Origin: Chiloscyllium plagiosum
Taxonomy: Eukaryota
Reading direction: 5' to 3'
Assembly (NCBI RefSeq): GCF_004010195.1
Contig: NC_057719.1
Span: 65,295,751 to 65,359,750, forward strand
DNA length: 64,000 nucleotides
The notes under the pieces are model-generated. The model had not been told where the DNA came from and did not search any database. It worked only from the letters and a program-made list of their open reading frames with translations. The translations under genes and the position numbers were made by a program. Numbering within the stretch: the stretch's first letter is position 1; every line of letters starts with the position of its first letter. Shown piece after piece: positions 1 to 12,290 of the stretch.

Positions 1-379
1 TGGAGCTACTGGGCTTGTATACCCTTGAGTTTAGAAGGATTGAGACATTTAAGATTATTAAAGGATTGGACACTCTGGAGGCAGGAAACATGTTTCCGCT
101 GATGGGTGAGTGCCGAACCAGAGGACACAGCTTAAAAATACAGGGTAGACCATTTAGGACAGAGATGAGGAGAAACGTCTTCACCCAGAGAGGCAGTGGA
201 GGCCCAGTCTCTGGATTCATTTAAGAAAGAGTTGGATAGAGCTCTCAAGGATAGTGGAATCAAGGGTTATGGAGATAAGGCAGGAACAGGATACTGATTA
301 AGGATGATCAGCCATGATCATATTGAATGGTGGTGCAGGCTTGAAGGGCAGAATGGCCTACTCCTGCACCTATTGTCTA
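1..379 (+). mobile_element. CR1-clade LINE 3' end (runs off window start)
   Basis: ORF 15..224 has the CR1 ORF2 C-terminal motif (TRGHSLKI...FRTEMRRNVFTQR), followed by a CR1-type 3' UTR (gaatggcctactcctgc). Confidence 0.85.
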
Positions 380-3300
380 ACAATCAATTTTTCACAGTGA
401 CATCCCAGTAATGATATTGAAATGAAGAAACAATAACCTATTTGAGTGATAGTGGCAGCTAAACAAAATGATTTATTTGGTATTCATTGATTTTATGCAC
501 ATAGTAAGATTCACTCTATTAATGCACACAATATTCACAAAGCTAATTTGGTTTGAGGAGACACTTGCTTTACTTTAGGACTTTTACAAATCCAAATGAT
601 AAGTTTCCAAAGTGGCCATCCAGAACTGCTGGCAAAGGGCCTGATTACTGTGCCATTCTTACTGTCGCAGCTTTAAATCATACTCATGCTCCAAGCATCA
701 CAAGTTTTTTCTTGCACAGTTTTACGAGACAATTTTGGCATTATTAATTGTCATTAAATACATTAAAATCAGACCAGCTCAGTTAGGAGATTCAAAATAA
801 TTTGAGGAAGCAATGCTGTGACTGTATCATCAGAAATTAGATGTTAGCAACTTGGAGGGTTAACTGGTTTCAAAGCTGGTTTCATTTGTTACTTTATGGA
901 TTAGTGCACTGTGTACTCCATATATGCAAATAATGGTCCAAACAAGACTATCCCTACTACAAGATGGGTTTACTCTGATGCATTGCTCTGATTTGGTGCT
1001 AACTGCACTCTGGGAAACCACATGACATCCAACTGACATCCCTAAAAGGGTGTTCTGTTACTACAACTAGAGATTTACAGGTTAAAATGTACTTACCTCA
1101 GTGTAGAACCACAAGGCTCAGGACTACTTCTTTGGAATGTACTCAAAAAATATGGCTCTTATCCCACCCCAAATCATCTGCCCTGTCCCACTGCTATCTT
1201 CTGGCGCAAATGATTTCTCTCTGGTTGGCCATCAACTTTCACTTCTTCTTTATCTTCCTCCAGCCGCTTACATGAGGATGCAGCTGGTATCACAGCGGCT
1301 CGATATTAGGTTATGGATTGAGGGTGTTGGCTGCCTCTTGACCTACAAATGCCTTGCTGGTGCGGTCAAACAAGGAATTGCTTTTAAACCGCTCTTGTCA
1401 GGTCACACAGGCCTGAGTTTCCTGACAGTAAGTGTTTTGACTGACAAGCTTGTCCAAGGGCACGTACCCAAGTTGTGTAACTCTAAAATGTTGTTTTGTC
1501 TCCGTGATTATCATTTGCTATTAATTGTTGTGGACTGAGTTGTGCCTACAAAATGAAAAGCTTATTTAAGTCATGAAATTATGGAGCTCCCAATGATGGT
1601 TTAATCTGCACTGAATCAATGGATGAAATGCTATAGGGTGATGTGGGCTCTGGTGAGGTTAGTGGCGAGGCCCAGCTTGACGTCCAGAGTATTTTGCTCC
1701 AGCTGTTATGCTTTAGCTGAGTGGCCAAGTGAATATTTTATCATTCGGCAGCAGAGAGTTGCCAATTAAAGGGGATTATTGCTTATTAAATTGCCTTATT
1801 AGCACAATTGCCTCATTAATACTCAGTTTGTTATCTTATTAAATGTGTCAAACAGCTGGACATGGCAGATCCTTCATCTGGATGTAACAGTAAGCACCTG
1901 GTGGTTACATTGACAAAGAGCATCCATGGTGCTCAGCACCAAAAGACATCTCAGAGCACAATCTATTCATGGGCATCAGTACATGTACCTCTCATCGATG
2001 GACATTGGTGTCATGACCAATATGACACTTCTCAGATTCACTTGCAGCATGCTCAGGAAGCACAGACTTGTATTATAGGTTGCAAAAACAACTAGCAATG
2101 AAAGGTTGCTGCAATATTTTGCACATAGGAACAGTAACCCAGCTCAGGGATTGGACCAGGCTGCATCTCAGAGTCTGTTAACTTGCTCTCTTAGCACTTG
2201 CTCACTTCGGACCTACCTGCATGCTTGCAGCACCCGTGCCTTGCCTTGCCTTGTTATTTATCTCAGTCAGAAGACCAAGCAGCTTGCCTTGTTGGCTGCA
2301 GTCATCAGTCAATGAGGTGGTGCAGGGGGAGGGCATACATTTTGCTGTGCTGCCGTGTGCAACATCAATCAACTTGTACCATGTCTCAGCAGTTTAAATG
2401 GCAAACACACTGTATGCACATCAAGAAAGCAACCATGACTCAAAGTCTAAAGGGGGTAGTCCTCACCAAATCCATGGAGACACTCATCAGTCAGGGGGAG
2501 GGTCCTGTCTATGGTAAATACAGGGCTGGGAGTGGGGTGCAATAGTTATATTCGGGGCTACAGAGGGACTCAAACACTTGGATGTAAAGATAAAACAGTG
2601 AAAATTTTACAAAGGAGACAATTCATGTGCAGTGAATTGTCAACATGTCAGTAAAGTACCCTGAATATGTTTCCTTCTTTTTCTCCTTCCCACTACATTT
2701 CCCTGTAGTTCCTATTTCCACAGCGGGGGTTGGATTAACCCCTTTTGCCAGTGGATCCCATTGGCCCTGGCAATTTCATTGGGTAACCCTCGGGCTGGTT
2801 GTCTTTGGGCAGCACTGACAGGCTGAAGAGGCAAGTGAACCCTCCTCAACTACAACTTCCAAGATCCGAAAGGTGGCAGGCAGATTGGAGGTGGAGGATC
2901 CTGCCACCTCTTAGATGTCCTGGGAGGAGACTTCTAAGAGGTCAACTGGGGGCCTCCTAGTATGGCCCTGTCTCCTTGTGAGGATGGAGCACCTGGAGTG
3001 CAAGCCAGGTTCCTATGCCCAATACCTCCATTCTGAGGACCAATGGCTAGAATAATGCAGTGCAGATGTGTGCCTACATCTGCCATACCCTGAGGGTGCT
3101 GGACCTGGCTCCTCATGGCAACTGCCAACCGTTCCATGTATGCAGCTGAACAATGAGGACCGTTACATTCCACATAGCTGCCTGCCTTTCTTGTTCCTCC
3201 CTGTGCCTTCTGATGAAATCCGTACGTGCTGTCATCACTATCCTCCCTTGGCTAGGACTGAGTCAGTCCCTTGTGTCTGGAAAACCTCTGAGAACTAGTA

Positions 3301-3589
3301 GCCTGAGGTGTTTCTTCCTCCTGCAGCATCGGAGCTGACACAGAGCGGTGCCAATGTGTGTGTTGGTGACGGGATAGGGGTTTGAAATGCAGGAAGCAGC
3401 TTCACTGACACTGCTTCTGATACCTCTGTACCCTTGAATGCCTTCTCCTTAGGGGTCAATTAGATGAAGGTGGCCATTTCACCTGGTGAATATCCTGCCC
3501 CTACCTGAAAGACAGATGAGACAGAAGGCATCATAGCAGTGATTAAACATGGTGTGCCATTACTGACACTGTCAGGGTGGTCACTGTGA

Positions 3590-4773
3590 GATTTGAGGTG
3601 GAATGAGCAGGTTAGACCAAGGAGAGCCGATGGATGTTGGCTTCCAGAAGGCTTTTGACAAGGTGCTGCACAGAAGGTTACTGAGTAAGATAAGGGCCCA
3701 TGTTGTTAGAGGCACGGTGCTAGCATGGATAGAAGCTTGGCTGTCTGGCAGAAGGCAGAGAGTGGGAATGAATGGGTGATTCTCAGGATGGAAACTAGTG
3801 GTGTTCCACATGGGTCAGTGTGGGACCACAACGTTTCACTTTATACATTAATGATCTAGGTGAAGGAACTGACGGTATTCTGGCTACGTTTGCAGATGAT
3901 ACAAAGATGGGTAGAGGGAAAGGTAGCATTGAGGAGGTGGAGAGGCTACAGAAGGATTTGGTCAGGTTAGAGAATGGGCAAAGAAGTGCTAGATGAAATA
4001 CAATATGGGAAATTGTGAGGTCATGTACTTTGGTAGGAAGAATAGAGGCATGGACTATTTTCTAAATGGGAACAACATTTAGAAATCTGAAGTGCAAAGG
4101 GACTTGGAAGTCTTAGGGTTTTTCTTAAGGTAAATGTGGAGGTTGAGTTGGTAGTTTAGAAGACAAATACAATGTTGTCATTCATCTCGAGAGGACTAGA
4201 ATATAATAGCAGGGGTGCATTTCTGAGGCTTTATAAAGCTCTGGTCAGACCACATTTAGAGTATTGTGGCAATTTTGGGTGCTATACCTCAGGAAAGATG
4301 AATTGGCCCTGGAGTGAGTCCAGAGGAGGTTCATGAGAATGATCCCAGGAATGAAAAGCTTAACATATGAGAAATGTTTGAGGACTCTGTTCAAGGGAGT
4401 TTAGAAGGATGAGGGGGGGATCTGAATGAAACTTACAGAAAACTGAATGGCCTGGACAGAGTAGACATTGGGAAGCTGTTTCCATTGGTAGGAGAGATGA
4501 AGACCCGAGGGCACAGCCTTAGAGTAAAGGGAAGTAAGGAGAAACAGAGGGTGGTGAATCTATGGAATTCATTGCCACAGAAGGCTGTGGAGGCCAGGTC
4601 TTTGAGCATATTTAAAACAGAGGTAGATAGATATGTTATTACTAAGGGGCTCAAGGGTTATGGGAGAAAGCTGGAAAATGGGTTTGGAAAACCTGTCAGC
4701 CATGATTGAATAGTGGAGTAGACTCGATTGGCTGAATGGCCTAATTTCTGCTCCTATGTCTTTTGATCTTATG
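3590..4773 (+). mobile_element. CR1-clade LINE, 5'-truncated and decayed
   Basis: RT remnants (FQKAFDKV; tttgcagatgatacaaag = FADDTK), C-terminal TRGHSLRVKG...VVNLWNSLPQ (ORF 4485), and CR1 3' UTR. Confidence 0.85.
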
Positions 4774-5179
4774 AAAAGTGATACTCACATTGTTGCTGGA
4801 ACATGGATGTCTCAGCATCCTTTTAGAAATGGTCCTGCTCTTTTCCTATGGGTCCCAGGATTCCTACCATGTAGCTGGATATTGTTGAGCATTCCTGCAG
4901 CTAATGGGGCCTCTCTAAAATTTTGTGGGTTCTCTTCTGGAATCAGAAAAAGGGAGGGATTGAGTGAGATGGAAGTGGGTAGTACATCTGTTGGTGTAAG
5001 TAATCAAACGTTAGTGAGATACTCCATGGAAGTGAGGAGGCAGTGCAGAGGCCAGGCAGGACTCTGGTAGCGTGGGCGGTTAGGGTGGATGAGAGTGAGT
5101 GTGTGAGGGAAGAGGTTTCTGGCAATGGCAAGTATGATAGAGCGTGAGCCTTGCTGAGAAGTGGGTGAGATAGCAGAGA

Positions 5180-5406
5180 GGTGGAGCAGAGAAGGACATT
5201 GACCTCTTCCTACACTGCTGGTCTTTTCTCTGCAGCCTGGAGCTTGCAATGACCCAGTTGGTGACCTGGGACCAGGCTGCGAGGGTCTGATAGTACAGCC
5301 TCCTCTAGGAAGAGGACACTCCTCCTTTGCACCAGCTCCTGAATCAGACCTCTAGATCGACATCAAAGAATTGTGGCAACATCTTACCCACCTCCGACAC
5401 GTTCAT
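5180..5406 (-). pseudogene. Harbinger Myb/SANT-like DNA-binding protein remnant (frameshifted)
   Basis: Manual minus-strand translation across frameshifts: MNVSEVGKMLPQFFDVDLEV / LIQELVQRRSVLF / AAWSQVTNWVIASSRLQRKDQQCRKR, matching the trihelix pattern PRF..DLE.L...V..RR.VLF...AW..V...V.....R..QQCRKK. Confidence 0.7.
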
Positions 5407-5631
5407 TTCCCATCCTTGACCAAGCAGGGCAGCTTCAGAATGCCATACGCACCCGAGTGCACATTGGCCTTTTAAATATGGCGTAGGTGCCAGGACTTCC
5501 GGTCATTCAGTGGATATCCAGTGACGGGGGGGTTGTTTTGGGAATGGTCAAATAGGAATAGAATCAGACAAAAAGGATGCCATAGGGTTGGATAGGGAAG
5601 TAATGAAGCATGACTGGTGAAAAATCCCACC

Positions 5632-5770
5632 TTTCATTCCTGATGAAGGGCTTTTGCCCGAAACGTCGATTTTCCTGTTCCTCGGATGCTGCCTGACCTG
5701 CTGTGTTTTTCCAGCACCACTCTAATCTAGACTCTGATTTCCAGCATCTGCAGTCCTCACTTTTGCCTAG
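5632..5770 (+). mobile_element. PLE family A terminal-repeat fragment
   Basis: 10-bp TSD AAATCCCACC at 5622-5631 and 5771-5780; the same sequence recurs many times in the window. Confidence 0.75.
5636..5671 (+). ncRNA. Minimal type-I hammerhead ribozyme motif (PLE family A)
   Basis: AUUC-CUGAUGA-A-GGGC(UUUU)GCCC-GAAA-CGUC-GAUU. Core intact, predicted cleavage after C5667; helix I is short with one mismatch. Confidence 0.6.
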
Positions 5771-7362
5771 AAATCCCACCAAGCCTCAGAGCAAAGCCAT
5801 CCACAAAAACTCAACACAACTTGCACTTAGCCAAAACAACAAGTAAGATTCAGTCCAATGTGATTGTAAATGAACATTGTGCACTTTGGAGTATTTTTAT
5901 CTATGATAGGAGTCTAATCTGATTACGTATTGTGCATATTTAGAATGAAGCAGTATTTGATTATTTTGATTTTGTATTGCTGCTATGATTCAAGATGCAT
6001 GCTATGACAAGTTGATCATAGATGAAATGCAGGTCAATTAGATCATGCTGGAGATGACTCAACATTCAATAGTTTAGACTGTAGGGGAATTTTATCTTAT
6101 AAGTTAAAGGAAAAGTTTATTCTCACGCAGCCTGATGACTAATTGCATTCTTTATCCCTTCAGAAAACAAAAATCCCAATATAGAAGTTTTATAACGTTT
6201 GCGTTTGACTCATGGGTAAGGAGTTTTTGGAATGGAAGTAATTTATCTTGTCTTGAATTATTGAAGGCACTTAACATACAGTGGCAAGAGTCTTGGGTGC
6301 TGTGTTTTATTACTGGTAGATTATTAAATAGAATTATATAAAATTTATAGCACAGGAGCACATTATTTAGCTCAACTGACCAGTGTTTACAGTTTATGTC
6401 AAGCTCTTTCTATACCTGTGCTTTACACAAATAGCAGTCTGGGTCATGATCATAATGCGTGTCAACATTCTTTTTTCTCCCTTATCAAACTAGCTTCGAC
6501 TTGAATTCATCTATCACCTTTTGCCTCCACTCTTGTTTGTGGTAATGCAGTTCTTACAAACCCTTTGGATTTGGGGTAAAGAAATGGGAATAATACTCCT
6601 CTTGAATTTTCCATTAAGGCAATTAGTCACTATCTTGAACTTTTGGCCCCTTTGTCTCCCGGTGTATAAATCCAACAACATGCAGCACCTTATCACAAAT
6701 CGCAAGAGAGTGTCATTGTTCTTGGGGTTTGTTGACATACTGTCTCTTCCACATGGGGTTGGAATGTGGAATATACAGTATTGTGAAGTCGTGTCAGCCA
6801 TCTTGATGATCAACTCATTTTAATCTGCATCTAAAAATAGTATCTTTCTAAAATTCCAATCCAGTTGACAGCTGATAGAAATAGGGAGGGGGAAAGACAT
6901 GTAAACATGTTTCTCCAGAGTAATCAATGAACAGCATCTGTTTTCAAAATTACCCTTAGAATCTAATCTCTTGGACTCAAATCTGCAAAGCAGCTCTCCC
7001 AGTCACTCACTACAACATTAGCAGAAATTCCACAGATACCCTGGAAAAAGACATTTACATCTTTTCTTTTCTGTTTCTGTTTTCTGATCTTCTACTGAGG
7101 TTCTGGGGTGTATGAAATGCAACTTACCAAAATCTAGAGTGTGAAGAAAGGACCAGAGTAATTTCTTGAGTTTGAGTGATTGTACTTTAAATGACTGGAG
7201 ACACACAATACACAGCCATAGTAAAAATCTATAGGCAAGGAGAAGTATGTGATAGATGAATCACAATGGGAACTGTTATGAAGATGTGGGTATACCTTTA
7301 AGAGAGTTAAAAGCAGCAGAACTACTGGACCCAGTACCAAGTGTACCCAAAACTGGTAACAA

Positions 7363-7984
7363 TGTAACACTGGGTTGACCACTCGGTTAGTTTGTTGCTT
7401 GGAAGCAAAAACAAATTTGGGTTTGACCAATCAGTTTAAATTATACCCAAAACATATCAAACTCCAATCAAGATTGAACTGAGTATATTGACAATCTTAA
7501 AAGCCAATACCACAATCTTATGCTCTGGAATATAAGACTGGGGGAAAATTGAACAGTTGAGAGGATATCTGCCATGTCCTAACATGTAAGCGACTGCTTG
7601 AAAAAATCTCTCTTAATAGTCCTTTTTTGATTAGTAACCTGTGACACTGAAATTCCTAATAAGGAGAAAGGAAGACGCTGAGAGATCCGAAGGCAAGAAA
7701 CTACAGCTGCCTGGTTTTGAGATAAGAAGTGTTGTTTTGTAAGTTTTAATTGGGAGTTTTATTGGACTAGTATTCTAGAAGGGAAGCTAAAAGATAAGTT
7801 AGAGAAAGAAATTGTAAATAGTGGTTAGTTAATTATTCTCTGTTGTACTTTAAGAAATAAAGTTGCCAATTTTTACTTTAAATAGTTCTTGGCCACTCGA
7901 TTTTTACAGGTTACTGCATGGGATCAATCTTTTCTGTGTGGCTGTTTTAAATTAAGCAGTAGGATTTACCCCCGTGTCGTAACA
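7363..7984 (+). mobile_element. 5' LTR of a Gypsy retrotransposon
   Basis: TGTAAC...GTAACA termini, TATAAGA at 7531, AATAAA at 7856-7861; followed by a degenerate tRNA-Pro-like PBS (tagggagctcaggttcatgatttgaac) and gag. Confidence 0.7.
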
Positions 7985-8168
7985 GGTAGGGAGCTCAGGT
8001 TCATGATTTGAACTGGTTTAGACAGATTTGAATAGATTTGGGGATATGAAAAGTCCCAGCATATTTAAACACTTGCAGGTTAGTGTCTCAGATCTTTAAA
8101 TAAAACGTAGATGAGGCAATTTGTTTAATTTGGTGATTTGTGATTGTTTTAAATTTGAAGTGAGAGAA

Positions 8169-9479
8169 ATGGCTCTTAAAATTGCTAAAGAGGTTCTGGG
8201 ATTTGAAGATGATTCGCAAGTTTGCCAAGATATTTGAGAAGGAAAGTAAAAAGGCCATACTTTTAGAATTAGCAAATACGTTAGATTTGAGTTTAACCAA
8301 GGATAAAAGTAAAGCTGAAATTGTAAGGGAATTACTCAAGCACTTAGGTGTGTCAGAGAGACAGACAAATGCAGTAGAGGTAGTAAAATTTAAATTACAA
8401 TTGAGGAAAATGGAGTTAGAAGATAAACAAAGGGAGAGAGAAGATAAACAAAGGGAGAGAGAAAGGTAAAAAGAGAGAGAAGAAAAAAGAGACAGAGAAA
8501 ATTCCTGGCTGAGCAAAGAGAGAGAGAGAAGAAAGGGAGAGAGGAAGAGAGAGAATTTGAACTTAAGGAGTTGCGACTTAGTCAGCAAAGTCAAGTTATC
8601 AGGAAAGAGCTTAAAAGAGAAGGAAATGACATACATAAATATGTCAAAACTCTGCCACATTTTGACGAGAAAGATGTTGAAGCTTTCTTTATTTCATTTG
8701 AAAAATTAGCTGGGTAGATGGAGTGGTGCAAGGATTTATGAGTAATGCTAGTTCAGACTAAACTGGTTGGCAGAGCTAGTGAGGTATTTGCTGCACTGTC
8801 AGGTGAGGTGTAAAGAGATTATGAAGAGGTTAAACAGGCTATTTTAAGTGCTTTTGAATTGGTACCAGGAGCATATAGGCAGCAGTTCAGAAGCACAAAG
8901 GAGCCAGGTCAGACTTAATTTGAGTTCGAAAGAATTAAACATAGTCACTTTGGTTGATGGTTGCGTGCTCTGAAAATAGATAGTACATTTGACGCTCTGA
9001 GAGAGATTATTCTGCTGGAAAAGTTTAAAAACTCACTTCCAGAGATGGTAAGAATTCATGTGGAGGAACAGAACGTTCAGGAATTGAGAAGGACAGCAGA
9101 ATTAGCAGGTACGTACATGCTGGTGCATAAGGCAAGCTTCCGGCCAGACTTTTGTCCTGTGAGGGATAGAAGTTGGGAGAACCTACACTACAAAACAAAG
9201 AGTAGAGAGCGCTGGAAAGAATTTACCACAGGATGAAAAAGAAGCCCAAGAGGGTGGAAAGTAGGTGAAAGGCCTCAGGTGTTTTCACTGTATAGACTGG
9301 GACACAGAAAATTACAGTGCTGGTAGTTTCAAGTGCACTGGGAAAAGGTGTTTTCACTGCCAGAAGGTGGGACACATAAGCTCACAGTGCTGGTCATTAA
9401 GGAAAGGCACTGTGGGAAAAGATGTGGTAAAAGAAGCTAAGCCAGTGGAGACCCAAGAAGAGCCGAGGAGCTGCATGCT
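8169..9479 (+). pseudogene. Gypsy gag (coiled coil, SCAN-like capsid region, CCHC knuckle) with stops and frameshifts
   Basis: LPHFDEKDVEAFFISFEKLA; DYEEVKQAILSAFELVPGAYRQQFR; LREIILLEKFKNSLPEMVRIHVEE; CFHCQKVGHISSQC. Confidence 0.85.
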
Positions 9480-10368
9480 ATGTTGCGGGTGTATAGGACA
9501 TTGGTTAGGCCACTGTTGGAATATTGCGTGCAATTCTGGTCTCCTTCCTATCGGAAATATATTGTGAAACTTGAAAGGGTTCAGAAAAGATTTACAAAGA
9601 CATCCCAACTCCTGTACTCAATACTCTAACCAATAAGGGAAAGCATACCAAATTCCTTCTTCAGTGTCCTATCTACCTGTGACTCCACTTTCAAAGAGCT
9701 ATGAACGTGCACTCCAAGGTCTGTTTGTTCAGCAACACTCCCTAGGACCTTACCATTAAGTGTATAAGTCCTGCTAAGATTTGCTTTCCCAAAATGCAGC
9801 ACCTCACATTTATCTAGATTAAACTCCACCTGCCACTCCTCAGCCCATTGGCTCATCTGATTAAGGTGACTTTCTTCACTGTCCACTACTCCTCCGATTT
9901 TGCCCAGTGTTGGAGGATTTGAGTTATAGGGAGAGATTGAACAGGCTAGGGCTGTTTTCCCTGGAGTGTCGGAGGCTGAGGGGTGACCTTATGAGGTTTA
10001 TAAAATCATGAGAGGCATGGATAGGATAAATAGATAAAGCCTTTTCCCTGAGGTGGGCGAGTCCAGTACTAGAGGGCATAGGTTTAGGGTGAGTGGGGAA
10101 AGATATAAAAGAGACCTAAAGGGCAACTCTTTTACTCAGAGAGTGGTACGTGTATGGAATGAGTTGCCAGAGGAAGTGGTTGAGGCTGGTACAATTGCAG
10201 CATTTAAAAGGCATCTGGATGGGTATATAAATAGGAAGGGTTTAGAGGGATATGGCCTAAGTGCTGGCAGGTGGGCCAAGATTGGGTTGGGATATCTGGT
10301 CAGCATGGACAAGTTGGACTGAAGGGACTGTTTCCGTGCTGTACATCTCTATGACTCTATGACTCTAT
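9480..10368 (+). mobile_element. HER1/CR1 LINE fragment with an internal inverted block (9600-9902)
   Basis: Plus-strand CR1 at 9480-9599 and 9903-10368 ending in (ATGACTCT)n; minus-strand CR1 RT piece between them (ORF 9626..9886, WQVEFNLDKCEVLHFG). Confidence 0.9.
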
Positions 10369-11471
10369 AATGTCCCTATCAGCTTAATCCTTTCAAAGCC
10401 AAACAGGTTCAAATGGAGGTGGAGGCCATGCTCAACGAGGATGTCATTGAACCAAGCCAGAGCAAGTCGAGTTCGCATGGAGTATCAAAAGGTCAACGCC
10501 GTTACAAAATTGGACTCAATTCCTAGATTGGAGGACTGTATCAAGAAAGTCGGACAAGCGTTACATCCCCACATTAGACTTAATATGTTGTTACTGGCAG
10601 GTATCTTTATCAGAGACAGCGAAAGAAATTTCTGTGTTTGTAACCCCAAATGGGCTATATCAGTTTAAAGTGATGCCCCTTGGAATGAAGAACGCACCTG
10701 CCACATTCCAAAGACTCATGAACAGATTTGTGGCTGGGTTAACAAACTGTGCAGTCTATTTGGACGATGTAGTGATCTTTAATAAGTCCTTGAAAGGTCA
10801 CTTGGTAAAGTTTTGCAGAGCTCTTTGAATGACTAAGAGAAGCAACATTGGTGATAAACTTAAATAAAATGGAATTCGCAAAAGCAGAGGTGATGTTTTT
10901 GGGACATACATCAGTAATGGAAGGCTGGCCCCATAGAATACAAAGACAAAGGCCATTATGGAATTTCCATGACCGACCTCGAAGAAAAAGATACTTCGAT
11001 TCTGAGGACTCAGCAGATTCTATCGGAAGTTTGTTCCAAACTTTAGCAGTGTAGTGACCCTGTTAACCGATGTGCTGAAGAAGAACACAAAGTTTCGGTT
11101 GACAGAACCATGCCAGGAGGCATTCGACCATTTGAAATCAATATAACCACCAAACCAGTTTTAGCTGCACCAAACTTCTCAAAATCTTTTAAAGTCGCCA
11201 TCGATGCTCGTGACATAGGAGTTGGAGCTGTACTCCTACAGGACGATGAGGATGGGATTGAGCTGCCAGTCGGTTACTTTTTGAAGAAGATCAACATCCA
11301 CCAGAGGAAATACTCCACAATTGATAAAGAACTACTGAGTTTGGGACTGGCCTCACCACATTTCAATGTGTATGTCACGAACGATGTGTCGGAGATGATT
11401 GTGTACACTGACCACAATCCGCTTACATTCTTAGAATGTTTTAAAGATAAAAATATGAGACTATTTCGTTG
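10369..11471 (+). pseudogene. Gypsy pol remnant: reverse transcriptase and RNase H
   Basis: YQKVNAVTK..IPRLEDCI; LYQFKVMPLGMKNAPATFQRLMN; VYLDDVVIF; PVLAAPNFSKSFKVAIDA..GVGAVLLQ; YSTIDKELL; YTDHNPLTFL. No 3' LTR found. Confidence 0.9.
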
Positions 11472-11720
11472 AGATGATCTCCAATCTGATCAACTGGAAT
11501 GATTTGCAGCTATGTAGAATAATGATGAACTTGAAGCAAAGATAATTTTAACAAAGGAAACCATGGAATGTAAATTTGTTTGTTTCAGAAACATTTATGA
11601 CAGACAGTGAAAAGGAAGGAGGTATTGTCACTATTGTTTTATGACTTACCTTGGGTGTCTCCCCTGTTGGCTAAGGGAAGAGAGTGGAAAGTTTCTATTT
11701 GGTTGTATATATTGCTCAAT

Positions 11721-11805
11721 GGAGCTGAAAATGTGTTGCTGGAAAAGTGCAGCAGGTCAGGCAGCATCCAGGGAACAGGAGAATCGACGTTTCGGGCATC
11801 AAGCC
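11721..11805 (-). mobile_element. PLE family A short fragment
   Basis: Near-identical to the left arm at 37382-37463; includes the 3' half of the hammerhead motif. Confidence 0.75.
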
Positions 11806-11869
11806 AAAAAGTGCCATTGATTGAATGACATCAGCACAATTCATTTGCATTGATTGTGAAAACATTGTT

Positions 11870-12290
11870 GTCGAAGTCAACACCATCCACAAAACTCTCC
11901 ATGTTTCATATTGAAGTGCTTCAGAGTCATTGAAGCAATCTTTTTTGCGATATAGTAACCATTGTATGATTGAAATGTAGCATTGAATTCACACTCAGCA
12001 AACTCCAACAAGCTGCAATGTGAAAATGATCAGATAATCTGTTTTCTGTGATTCAAGGCTGGGTATTGCTCGGGATATGGGGATAATTTCTTCAAAATAA
12101 TTCCACAGGACATGTTATGTCCAGTTAAGCAGATAGATTGTGGCCTGAGTTCAATGCCTTATCCGAAAGAAAGCACTGCCAACGTTGCAGTGCTCCCTTA
12201 TTTGGACTTAACTTTCATGCTGATGCCCTGGTATAGAGACAAGAACCTGGGTCTTTGTGATTCAGAGATGAGTGCGATACCAATTGAATA
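11870..12290 (-). mobile_element. Deu-domain SINE (SacSINE1-like), old
   Basis: Reverse complement reads agggagcactgcaacgttggcagtgctttctttcggataaggcattgaactcaggcc...ttttgaagaa...aaacagattatctgatcatt, matching the Deu domain as recalled. Confidence 0.65.

Larger units (their letters stand above)
1532..5856 (-). mobile_element. Decayed PIF/Harbinger-type DNA transposon, interrupted by CR1 and PLE insertions
   Basis: Contains a Myb/SANT-like remnant (5180-5406). Candidate inverted termini GGACTGA (1532) and TCAGTCC (5850-5856). Internal and right-end sequence resembles the relic at 29074-31334. Left boundary uncertain; no clean TSD. Confidence 0.55.

Noticed and set aside
1091..1538. 133-aa plus ORF, and a minus-strand AG|GTAAGT donor at 1091-1098
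   Set aside because: No recognisable protein; the minus frames I translated upstream of the donor contain stops, and no clear acceptor was found.
8088..8660. 190-aa Leu/Ser/Phe-rich minus-strand ORF
   Set aside because: Antisense shadow of the purine-rich gag coiled-coil region.
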